From Myxococcales bacterium (GTDB lineage: Bacteria > Myxococcota > Myxococcia > Myxococcales > Myxococcaceae), in the NCBI GenBank assembly GCA_038248085.1, contig JBBRUE010000001.1:1-36398 (forward strand): a stretch of 36,398 nt of DNA, read 5' to 3'. The notes under the pieces are model-generated. The model worked only from the letters and a program-made list of their open reading frames with translations, was not told the DNA's origin and ran no database searches. Both the position numbers and the translations under genes were made by a program. This document shows, piece by piece, positions 1 through 7,113 of this stretch. Numbering within the stretch: the stretch's first letter is position 1; each line of letters starts with the position of its first letter.

Positions 1-203
1 TCGGGGGCGGGTCGCGACAGGTCAAGCATCGCCACGAGATCATGATCTGCGGTGAGGTATCGTTCGGCAACGCATCCAAACGGCGAACCCGCAGGGTCAA
101 ACTGCTTGGCCGCAACAGGCAATTCTAACTCCCCCTTCACCGGGGCCCACTTCGTGCCGACAGAAGCGAAAAGATCACTGCACAGGGCTTTGACTGTCTG
201 CAT
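1..203 (-). CDS. hypothetical protein, N-terminal part only (C-terminus lies beyond window start)
   Basis: ATG at 203 (minus) lies 2 nt after the TGA of the upstream gene. The frame stays open to position 1 (MQTVKALCSDLFASVGTKWAPVKGELELPVAAKQFDPAG...). Absent from the ORF track because there is no stop in the window. Third-position GC is weaker than in neighbours. Confidence 0.35.
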   Translation of the reverse strand, partial: MQTVKALCSDLFASVGTKWAPVKGELELPVAAKQFDPAGSPFGCVAERYLTADHDLVAMLDLSRPAP

Positions 204-205
204 GC

Positions 206-604
206 TCAGTCCACCTGTATCGCGACGTCGTCGAGGAAGTCATCGGCTTCACCACGCTGGTGGTCGCGGAGCATCTTCGCGACCTTCCTCCGCATGCGGC
301 TGACCAGCGCGCGCATGGCCGTCTCCGGCTGGCCCCGCCCCAGCGGTCCGATGACCTCGGGCAGGTCCACCACCGCGTCGAAGTCGGGGGACGAGAGCAC
401 GAAGGTCGCGAGCACCTCCAGCTCTTCGTCGAGGTGCGAATTCATCTGGCGGCGAAGGTGCTGCGCCACGAGGTGCGGCTCCTTGTTCTTCACCGTGTCG
501 ATGAGCGTCTGAACCTCTGCGGTGATGTAGTCTGTCGGTCGAGTCGGGCGGCGGCCCGTGCGCTTGCGAGAGAGCATCAGGTCCTTGGTCATCAGGTCAG
601 TCAT
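206..604 (-). CDS. hypothetical protein (132 aa)
   Basis: Track ORF with balanced composition. Its ATG overlaps the stop of the upstream SNF2 gene by 1 nt (TGATG), suggesting translational coupling. Confidence 0.7.
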   Translation of the reverse strand: MTDLMTKDLMLSRKRTGRRPTRPTDYITAEVQTLIDTVKNKEPHLVAQHLRRQMNSHLDEELEVLATFVLSSPDFDAVVDLPEVIGPLGRGQPETAMRALVSRMRRKVAKMLRDHQRGEADDFLDDVAIQVD

Positions 605-2118
605 CAGAGCATTCCGAGGTCAGCGAGGCGGTTGGCGCGTGCAACGAGACGGGAAGTGATGTCTGCGAGCATGGCGGCTGGTGATACTTCCTCGGCCTTC
701 ACCCGTTTGTCCAGCGGAGAGAGGAACACACCGAACGAGTCCGCGATGCCGCCCGACTTCGTGCCGAGCCCGGACATCTGATCGATTTTGTGCACGAGCG
801 CCTCTGCGACGACTTCATCAGGGCCGTTGCGGACGCAGAGGTAGTAGTACATCACCGGGCGACGCTCCTTCTCGGGCTGTCGAGCCGGGTCGATGCGACC
901 CTCGCACTGGAGCATGGTGCCGGGCAGCCACGAGAAGTCCACGAAGACCATCGCGGCAGCTCGCGTGAGCGTGGCGCTCTCCTTCACCGCGTCGAGCGTG
1001 CAGACGAGTGCGGTTGCTTCGCCCGCCTTCCAGCGCTCGATGATTTTGTCACGCGCCACGTTGGTGGTGTCGCCCGTCGCGAGCAGCGCCTTCACCTTCG
1101 ACTTCTCCAGCAACGCGGCCAGCTTCGCGGCGTCTTCTCGGCGGTAGGTGTAGATGATCACCGGAGCGTCGATGTCCTGCGCGAGCTGCACGGCGGCGTC
1201 GAGCTTGTACTTCATCGCACCGCGACACGCGTCCGCGATGCCCGTCTCCTTGTCGAAGTGGTGAAGCTTCGCGGGCGAGATGCGCTCTGCCCCCGGTGCG
1301 TCCACGAGCTTCAGGGTGCGCTGCCTCACGGGCATCTGACCCATCACCTCGGCAGCCGAGCGGCCCATCACGAACGGCTTGATGTCCTCTTCGAGTCCGG
1401 CCTCGTCGAGCAAGTCACCGATGGTTTTGCCACGGCCCTTCTCCCCGACGTGGACGTTGAAATATTTGTAGCCGAAGTTCCAGAGCGAGCCGAACGAGTT
1501 GCGCGCGCAGATGTCGAGGAGGTTGTGCAGGTCGGGCGGACGGTTCTGGATGGGCGTGCCGGTGAGCAGCGTCGTCTGCGTGGAGCGCGCCACGAAGCTG
1601 CGGAGCACCTGCGCCCGGACCGTGGCCGCGCTCTTCATGTTGTGCGCTTCGTCGATGGTCACGGAGTCGAGGAGGATCTCGTTGGGCGTGATGAACGCGT
1701 CGATCTTCTCCGCCATCTCGTACGACGCGATGACGAGCGCCGGGCCCATCTCGCCGCGCAGCATCGCCTGCCACTTGCCGTGCTTGCGCAGTTCGAACGC
1801 TTCGTCCGTCTCCTTCACGCGCTGGTACGCGGCGTCTGAGCCCATGGTGTGGACCACCAGCTCGGGCCAGAACTTCTCCGCCTCGCGGCGCCAGTCGTGC
1901 GTGGAGATGGCCGTGGTGAAGACGAGGCCGCACGGGTTGGTCATGATGCCACGCTCGTAGCGCAGGCGCTGAGCCGCGAGCGCCGTGCGCGTCTTGCCCG
2001 TCCCGAGTCCATCGCTGAGGAGACGGCCACGCGTGTGCGGCGGCAGGTCCACGAGCCACTCAGCTCCGGCGAGCTGGTAGTCGCGGAGCGAGTCCTTCTT
2101 CCAGTTCACGACCTTCAC
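604..2118 (-). CDS. SNF2/RAD54-family DEAD/H-box helicase (504 aa)
   Basis: Motifs read in the translation: LRDYQLAGAEWL, GLGTGKTRTALAA (Walker A), TIDEAHNMK (DEAH box), LLTGTPIQNRPPDLHNLL (motif III). C-terminal helicase lobe with LQCEGRIDPARQ (motif VI-like). GTG start overlaps the upstream stop (GTGA). Confidence 0.9.
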   Translation of the reverse strand: MKVVNWKKDSLRDYQLAGAEWLVDLPPHTRGRLLSDGLGTGKTRTALAAQRLRYERGIMTNPCGLVFTTAISTHDWRREAEKFWPELVVHTMGSDAAYQRVKETDEAFELRKHGKWQAMLRGEMGPALVIASYEMAEKIDAFITPNEILLDSVTIDEAHNMKSAATVRAQVLRSFVARSTQTTLLTGTPIQNRPPDLHNLLDICARNSFGSLWNFGYKYFNVHVGEKGRGKTIGDLLDEAGLEEDIKPFVMGRSAAEVMGQMPVRQRTLKLVDAPGAERISPAKLHHFDKETGIADACRGAMKYKLDAAVQLAQDIDAPVIIYTYRREDAAKLAALLEKSKVKALLATGDTTNVARDKIIERWKAGEATALVCTLDAVKESATLTRAAAMVFVDFSWLPGTMLQCEGRIDPARQPEKERRPVMYYYLCVRNGPDEVVAEALVHKIDQMSGLGTKSGGIADSFGVFLSPLDKRVKAEEVSPAAMLADITSRLVARANRLADLGML

Positions 2119-2369
2119 GAGAGCACCTCCACCGTGACGATGCAGCCGAACCAGCGCAGGAGGACGGCCAAGTCGTTGGCCATCTTCTCTCCCGCTCCCA
2201 CCATCTCCGGGAGCGTCCCCGCCCTCACCGCGTCGGTGACCGCATCGGGCTGGTAGTGCAGGCGGAGGCCGAGGAAGCGCCCGGTGAAGACGGGGTCGTC
2301 CGACTTCACGAACAGGGTGCCGTTGCGATCTACACGAATGACCACCACGTAGCGCGCATCGGTGCTCAC
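2115..2369 (-). CDS. hypothetical small protein (84 aa)
   Basis: Only the C-terminal third of track ORF 2115..3044 has protein-like composition (VSTDARYVVVIRVDRNGTLFVKSDDPVFTGRFLG...). The GTG at 2369 overlaps the TGA of the upstream gene (GTGA). Confidence 0.55.
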   Translation of the reverse strand: MSTDARYVVVIRVDRNGTLFVKSDDPVFTGRFLGLRLHYQPDAVTDAVRAGTLPEMVGAGEKMANDLAVLLRWFGCIVTVEVLS

Positions 2370-3133
2370 AGCGTCATCTCCGAGACTTCGTTCGGCGGAA
2401 GCTGCAGCAGCGACGCGTGCGGCATCCACGGGTACTGCTTGCCCGGCTTGGCCTTGAGCATCAGGCGCTCGAAGTAGTCCGCACCCGCTTCGAGGCAGAC
2501 GAGGCGCGCACGGTCCAGCTCGCCTTGGCGGAAGGGCGTGTTCGCATCCACCACCAGCACCGAGTCGATGAGGGGCTTCAGGTCCGAGATGTTGGGGCCG
2601 ATGAGGCACCCGAGCCGACGGACGGTGTTCTTCTTGGAGAAGAGCGTGGACCACCCAGCTCGCTGGCGCAGCAACGGCTGCTCGACACCGTGCGTCTCGA
2701 AGGACATGAACCACATCGGCTGAGCGGTCGGCTGCGCCAGCGCCCACGGGAAGGTCCACTTGCCCAACGGGAAGCCGGGCAGGTGCAGGTGCGGTCCTTC
2801 GGACCACCGGAGGGACTCCAGCTCCCAGACCTGCAGGAGCTTGGGCAACGCGCTCTTCCGCACCACACCCGGGAAGGCGAAGTCCACCGTGCCGTCCCCC
2901 GAGAGGAGGCGCGTGTAGAAGAAGTCCTTGGCCAAGGTCACCGGCGTCAGCTCCAGCATGAACGCGTTGTTCTCGCTGAGGCCCACGGCCCCCAAGGAGA
3001 GCAGCCCTTCGTAGTGGGCGCCCCAGAACTTGGCCTCCTTCCAAAGCTTGAAGTCAGCAGGGGACCTGCTAAACAGATTGCTCGGCCTTCCGAGTTTCAC
3101 TTCGGACGGGTGAGCGACGTTGGTTTCGGCCAT
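2366..3133 (-). CDS. hypothetical protein (255 aa), no family recognised
   Basis: Track ORF 2366..3271 trimmed to the ATG at 3133 (MAETNVAHPSEVKLGRPS...). The part upstream of it is AT-rich with odd composition. Good codon bias after 3133. Confidence 0.75.
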   Translation of the reverse strand: MAETNVAHPSEVKLGRPSNLFSRSPADFKLWKEAKFWGAHYEGLLSLGAVGLSENNAFMLELTPVTLAKDFFYTRLLSGDGTVDFAFPGVVRKSALPKLLQVWELESLRWSEGPHLHLPGFPLGKWTFPWALAQPTAQPMWFMSFETHGVEQPLLRQRAGWSTLFSKKNTVRRLGCLIGPNISDLKPLIDSVLVVDANTPFRQGELDRARLVCLEAGADYFERLMLKAKPGKQYPWMPHASLLQLPPNEVSEMTL

Positions 3134-3479
3134 GCGGAGTTCCCCAGTTAAGGTTGAGATACCCCCCATGTAGTAGTGCATAGGCGTTCCGGAAAGAGAA
3201 TTCGACTGGAAGCACATAACACTACTACATCCTAGGTATCTCTTGGAAAAACAAGTCCTTTCGTCATGCACTTGCGTGGCTCCTCATCCCCCTCCCCCTT
3301 GGGGATGTTTTAAGAGCGTTTCCGGAAACACCTAAATAGCTGAGTGATTACCGGGGTTTTTACCCCATGATTTCACTGATGTATTTCGTGTTTTCTGAAA
3401 ACGCTCATTCTTTGGGGGAGTCCCCTCGGGGGATGTCCAAGCCGCTAACCTCAGCAAACAGGTATTTAATGGTTTGCAC

Positions 3480-3730
3480 GCAGCGCGTCATTTCGTGTTT
3501 TTGGGCGAAAACGGCTCCAAACACGAAAAAGCCGCCAAAAAGGGCGGCTCGGTGTGACAGGTTCGCTCGGAGAATCGCTCGTGGCCGCCGCAGCGCGTCA
3601 TTTCGTGTTTTTGGGCGAAAACGGCTCCAAACACGAAAAAGCCGCCAAAAAGGGCGGGGCGAAAACGGCTCCAAACACGAAAAAGCCGCCAAAAAGGGCG
3701 GCTCGGTTCGGAGAATCGCTCGTGGCCGCC
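3480..3730. repeat. tandem direct repeats (~110-bp unit x2, with an internal 44-bp extra duplication)
   Basis: 3480-3547 is identical to 3590-3657 (68 bp). 3614-3657 is repeated again at 3658-3701. TCGGAGAATCGCTCGTGGCCGCC occurs at 3567-3589 and 3708-3730. The core 10-mer TTTCGTGTTT / AAACACGAAA occurs six times: 3384, 3491, 3601 forward; 3519, 3629, 3673 inverted. Confidence 0.95.
3675..3703 (-). terminator. intrinsic terminator of the helicase gene (two more copies inside the tandem repeats at ~3521-3549 and ~3631-3659)
   Basis: The minus strand reads AGCCGCC-CTTTTT-GGCGGCT followed by TTTTCGTGTTT. That is a 7-bp GC stem, 6-nt loop and T-run, 34 nt downstream of the stop at 3737. Confidence 0.6.
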
Positions 3731-3736
3731 CAGCAG

Positions 3737-4957
3737 CTACATCAGCCGGGCGCGGGTGATTCCGTCCTCATCGACCTCGCGTTTAGCAAGGCGGGCCATC
3801 TCCAGCGACACGAAGGCCTTCTGGAAGCGGTCGGAGTCGAGCACGGTGCGCTCCATCAGCTTGTGCTCCTCGATGCCCTCGCTGCCTGCATCGGCCAGCA
3901 CCCGGAGCATGCGGCGCGGGAGCTGATCGCCTTCGAGGTCCTTGTTGGACCGGGCGAAGGTCCGCTCCATCAGCACCGGGGCCGACTTGTGCCAGTGCTC
4001 CCAGAGCACGGCAGCCGCCTCCACGTCCTTCACGGAGATGACCAGCGAGCCGGGGTTCATGGCCACATGCTCGATGGCGGCCAGCTTGTGGAAGTGGCCG
4101 TCAGCGCGCTGCATCAGCTCCTTCACCTGCGGAGACTGGTCGGCGCGGTACTTGTCCTCGATCTTCAGGCGGAGCTTGGCGGCCTTCGGGTCGTAGGAGA
4201 GCAGCATCGGGTTCGGGCCCTTGTTCGCCTTCTTGGCCTCCCACTTCTCCCGCGTCTTCTGCCACTCACCCAGCAACTCATCGAGCTGCGTGGCGAGCTT
4301 CTGGTACACGCAGTCTTCCGGCGTCGTGGGCTCGCGCAGCTCGCGGTTCACGGAGCCGGGGATGAGCAGGCAGCGCGACATCATGCCGCCCAGCCAGTCC
4401 TCGGACGTGATGACCGTGGGCATCAGCGCGACGTTGATGCCGCCGAGCAGCGACACGCGAGGACGCACGAGCTTGTACTCCTCCTTCGACAGCATGCGCT
4501 TCCACTCAGGGGGGACCTCGTACCAGTCCATGAACATGCCCTTGCTGCCGCGCATGTAGTCCTTGGCCAGCGCAGAGAGGAAGGCCATCAGCTCGCCCTG
4601 CATCATCAGGTTCGCCGCGTTGCCCTCCATCGCCTGCTCGCGCTTGGCCAAGTCCCGCGCGAAGCCTTCAGGCGAGCCGTCGTCAGGAGCGCGCAGGTCC
4701 TTGCACTCTTCGCTGCGGCGCAGCACCTCGTGGTTCATGTGGACACAGGTGCTCTTGCGCGAGCGCCCAGCATCACCGACGAGAATCACCCAGAGGTTCG
4801 TCCAGCGGTGACCGGCGCCTCCATCCACATTGCACCGGTTCTTCTTCGTCGAGAGCGCCGCGCCGAGAAGCGCGGTCGCTGAAGCTCTGTGGAAGATGTG
4901 AGGTGCATCGGTGTACTTCATCAACGTCGCTTCGTAGTCCCGCAGGAAATTGCTCAA
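3737..4957 (-). CDS. P-loop NTPase, DUF3987 / P4-alpha- or D5-like replicative helicase candidate (406 aa)
   Basis: Clean track ORF. Walker-A-like LWVILVGDAGRSRKST. Size, composition and position next to the repeat/AT-rich region fit phage or plasmid DUF3987-type helicases. The family assignment is by eye only. Confidence 0.6.
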   Translation of the reverse strand: MSNFLRDYEATLMKYTDAPHIFHRASATALLGAALSTKKNRCNVDGGAGHRWTNLWVILVGDAGRSRKSTCVHMNHEVLRRSEECKDLRAPDDGSPEGFARDLAKREQAMEGNAANLMMQGELMAFLSALAKDYMRGSKGMFMDWYEVPPEWKRMLSKEEYKLVRPRVSLLGGINVALMPTVITSEDWLGGMMSRCLLIPGSVNRELREPTTPEDCVYQKLATQLDELLGEWQKTREKWEAKKANKGPNPMLLSYDPKAAKLRLKIEDKYRADQSPQVKELMQRADGHFHKLAAIEHVAMNPGSLVISVKDVEAAAVLWEHWHKSAPVLMERTFARSNKDLEGDQLPRRMLRVLADAGSEGIEEHKLMERTVLDSDRFQKAFVSLEMARLAKREVDEDGITRARLM

Positions 4958-5002
4958 GCGTCTCCCCAGACGGCTGCTCTTCGGTGGACAGCACTTCTCT
5001 CA

Positions 5003-5021
5003 TGTCAAACAAGATGTGACA
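5003..5021. promoter_or_regulatory. operator-like palindrome TGTCA-N9-TGACA (copy 1)
   Basis: Lies in the 93-bp divergent intergenic region between the helicase gene (minus) and the XRE HTH gene (plus). The same 5+9+5 architecture recurs at 6932-6950 and 34906-34924. Confidence 0.5.
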
Positions 5022-5050
5022 AGCCGGATCCGCGCTGGTATGAAGAGCGC

Positions 5051-5323
5051 ATGAGCGCTCTCGGTGCGGAGTTGTTGAAGCAGAGGACCAAGGCAGGGTG
5101 GACCCTGCGTGAAGTCCAGAAGCGCAGCGGCGTCTCGCGGCAGACGGTCTTCCGTGCCGAAACGGGAGAATTCATCTCCATGGGCGTGATTCTCAAGCTC
5201 GTCACCATCTACAACCTCTCAAACACGGCGAAGCGGAGCCTGCTGAATCAGTACGCGGACGAGACCATCAAGCGCGTGACCACCAAGCGGCGCAAGGCGC
5301 GCTCGGCTCGCGCCACCGCTTAG
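5051..5323 (+). CDS. XRE-family helix-turn-helix transcriptional regulator (90 aa)
   Basis: Track ORF 4889..5323 trimmed to the ATG at 5051. MSALGAELLKQRTKAGWTLREVQKRSGVSRQTVFRAETGEF is a typical Cro/CI-type HTH. Confidence 0.8.
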   Translation: MSALGAELLKQRTKAGWTLREVQKRSGVSRQTVFRAETGEFISMGVILKLVTIYNLSNTAKRSLLNQYADETIKRVTTKRRKARSARATA

Positions 5324-5333
5324 CGCTTCAACC

Positions 5334-5702
5334 TCACAGGTTCTTCCCGATGACCACGCCGATGCCGACGAGCGCTCCGACGATGAGGAGGCCGGGCAGG
5401 ATGCTGCCGCCATTCGACGCGCCAGCCGGAGCGATGGCCAGCTCGCCAGACGCACCGCGCAGGATGACGGTCGGCCTCAGCCAGCTCAGCAGAGGGTTGG
5501 GGGGGCCGCCAGCAGCGAGCTGGTTGGTGGCGATGCGGATGTTCGGCGTGAGCGAGCTGCGGAACTCGACCTCGGTGTAGACACCAGCAAGCAGGCCAGC
5601 CGGGTTGAGCGTGCCGTCTGCTCGCACGGTGCCTCCCGGGAAGCCTTGCGACTGGAGGGCAGCCTGCAGCGGGGCGATCAGGACTTCAGGGATGCCAGCC
5701 AT
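5334..5702 (-). CDS. tail-anchored membrane protein (122 aa)
   Basis: Track ORF with a C-terminal hydrophobic segment ILPGLLIVGALVGIGVVIGKNL. Convergent with the HTH gene. Confidence 0.7.
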   Translation of the reverse strand: MAGIPEVLIAPLQAALQSQGFPGGTVRADGTLNPAGLLAGVYTEVEFRSSLTPNIRIATNQLAAGGPPNPLLSWLRPTVILRGASGELAIAPAGASNGGSILPGLLIVGALVGIGVVIGKNL

Positions 5703-5781
5703 GCGCCGGTTCTACCATGAGCTGCGTGAGGCCCATGGAAACGTATCCGGCGCCGTACAGACTGTGAGAGAGTCCGGGACC

Positions 5782-6159
5782 ATGGCGACCAAGAAGAAGA
5801 CGGTGCAGCGGACCCGGCGTGAGCAGATCTACACGAAGGAAGAGACGGTCGTCTTCCTCAAGGAGATTCAAGCGGGGCTCTCCAGCTCGCGCTGGCCGTG
5901 GTACAAGGCCAATTCGGAGCGCCTCGGTCGCAGCTTCGTCAAGCACTTCCCTCCGCTCACGAAGCGCAAGGTGAACGACACCACCAACAAGCAGCTCGCG
6001 GGAACGCTGAGGATCATGGCTCGCGTGCTGACGCTTCAGCTCAAAGAGGAATCCGTTGGCCTCCCTGCATGGACGAACGCGGCGCTCCAGAACAACCTCC
6101 TCGTGCTCGAAGGTGCCGCGACCCGCCTCGAAGAGCTGTCCCGGTTCAGCCACGCCTGA
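5782..6159 (+). CDS. hypothetical basic protein (125 aa)
   Basis: Track ORF 5605..6159 trimmed to the ATG at 5782 (MATKKKTVQRTRREQIYTKEE...). The upstream part overlaps the minus-strand gene and is Arg/Ala-rich. Confidence 0.7.
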   Translation: MATKKKTVQRTRREQIYTKEETVVFLKEIQAGLSSSRWPWYKANSERLGRSFVKHFPPLTKRKVNDTTNKQLAGTLRIMARVLTLQLKEESVGLPAWTNAALQNNLLVLEGAATRLEELSRFSHA

Positions 6160-6620
6160 TGCGCTGTGTCCCCCGCCTCATCACGCTGGCCGAGGCACGG
6201 ACACACCTGCCGTTCCTCAGTCGCGCCGTGGAGCAGCACGTCCCCATGGCGCACTTCCAGTGGGCACCGCTCAACGACATGCCCTGCTGGGCGTGGCAGG
6301 GCTGGCTCGACGAGAAGCAGTACGGCCGCATCCGTTGGGGGGAGCAGCGCAGCGCGCGCGTGCATCGCGTCGTGTTCGAGACGCTGCGCGGCTCGTTGGA
6401 CCCAGCCGCCATCCTCGACCATGGCTGCCGGAACCATCCGTGCTGCAACCCGTGGCACCTGCAGCCGGTCACCATCGCGGTGAACACCGCGCGTGGTGCG
6501 CGAGCTGAGGGCATCTGCCGCAACGGCCTGCACGAGATGACAGGCGACAACGTCATCGAGCGGTGGCGCGATGGGCTGCCGCGCTACGAGTGCCGAGCCT
6601 GCAAGGCGGCACGCCAGTGA
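6159..6620 (+). CDS. HNH endonuclease (153 aa)
   Basis: Core motif LDHGCRNHPCCNPWHLQPVTIAVNTARG (H..C.N..C.NP.HL..V..N). Extra Cys pair at the C-terminus (YECRACKAA). ATG overlaps the upstream stop (TGATG). Confidence 0.85.
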   Translation: MRCVPRLITLAEARTHLPFLSRAVEQHVPMAHFQWAPLNDMPCWAWQGWLDEKQYGRIRWGEQRSARVHRVVFETLRGSLDPAAILDHGCRNHPCCNPWHLQPVTIAVNTARGARAEGICRNGLHEMTGDNVIERWRDGLPRYECRACKAARQ

Positions 6621-6892
6621 AGCGGCTCTACGAGTTTCGCTACACGGACACGGGGGAGCGGAACGGTCCGCAGATGCTGTGTGAGAACGCGTGTGAATTC
6701 TGGCTTCGTGCGTGGGACAAATTCCTCACGCGCCAAGGTGTGGTGCATTACACTTCAGGTGAAGGCGTTACGGGAAGAACGCTCGCCGTTCACGTCAGCT
6801 CGACCGGAGAGAGGGTCGTCATCGAGGGAGAGATCGGCGTACGTGCTCGGCTCTGGAACGAGCCGCTCACCGGCTGGGTGAAGCGCCGCTAG
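6617..6892 (+). CDS. hypothetical protein (91 aa)
   Basis: The GTG at 6617 overlaps the HNH stop (GTGA). VKRLYEFRYTDTGERNGPQMLCENACEFWLRAWDKF... has normal composition. Confidence 0.6.
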   Translation: MKRLYEFRYTDTGERNGPQMLCENACEFWLRAWDKFLTRQGVVHYTSGEGVTGRTLAVHVSSTGERVVIEGEIGVRARLWNEPLTGWVKRR

Positions 6893-6931
6893 GGCTCGCA
6901 TCTGGTCTGGTATCTTCATGTGCTCAGAAGA

Positions 6932-6950
6932 TGTCACATTACCCGTGACA
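6932..6950. promoter_or_regulatory. operator-like palindrome TGTCAC-N7-GTGACA (copy 2)
   Basis: Lies in the lower-GC intergenic region upstream of the ATPase operon. Same TGTCA-N9-TGACA frame as copies 1 and 3. Confidence 0.5.
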
Positions 6951-6981
6951 CCGTCCACACGCTTCTGATACCACCTCGGGC

Positions 6982-7113
6982 ATGCGTAATGACCCGGGCC
7001 TCCTGTACTTCTTCTTCGTCAAGCTCCTCGACGGTGCGCTTCGAGAAGGCGAAGAAGGAGCTGCTGTGAGCACGCATGCGAACGAGTTGTCGGAGCGACT
7101 GGAAGCCCTGTGA
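6982..7113 (+). CDS. possible 43-aa small protein (below track threshold)
   Basis: ATG 6982 ... TGA 7111-7113 overlaps the ATPase ATG (TGATG). MRNDPGLLYFFFVKLLDGALREGEEGAAVSTHANELSERLEAL. Third-position GC is moderate. Confidence 0.3.
   Translation: MRNDPGLLYFFFVKLLDGALREGEEGAAVSTHANELSERLEAL

Larger units (their letters stand above)
3134..3736. promoter_or_regulatory. long non-coding, AT-richer region; candidate replication origin / regulatory hub
   Basis: ~600 bp with no credible ORF in an otherwise tightly packed genome. Visibly lower GC from 3140-3480. Contains a perfect 12-bp palindrome GTTTCCGGAAAC (3318-3329), small G/C hairpins (3288-3307, 3354-3367) and the tandem repeats listed separately. 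Confidence 0.4.

Noticed and set aside
2115-3044. 309-aa ORF taken at full length.
   Set aside because: The N-terminal two-thirds is Arg/Ala/Gly/Pro shadow sequence overlapping the well-behaved gene 2366..3133. Only the last 84 codons, from the GTG at 2369, look coding.
3480-3730. Possible CRISPR array.
   Set aside because: The repeats are directly tandem and partly nested, with no unique spacers of regular length. The units (~110 and 44 bp) do not fit CRISPR geometry, and no cas genes are present.
3367-3759. ORFs 3367..3759 (+), 3405..3692 (-), and the 5' part of 3554..4882 (+), all lying in the repeat region.
   Set aside because: Their repetitive peptides (KKPPKRAAR etc.) are just translations of the tandem DNA repeats. 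The region is AT-richer, lacks codon bias and contains terminator-like hairpins.
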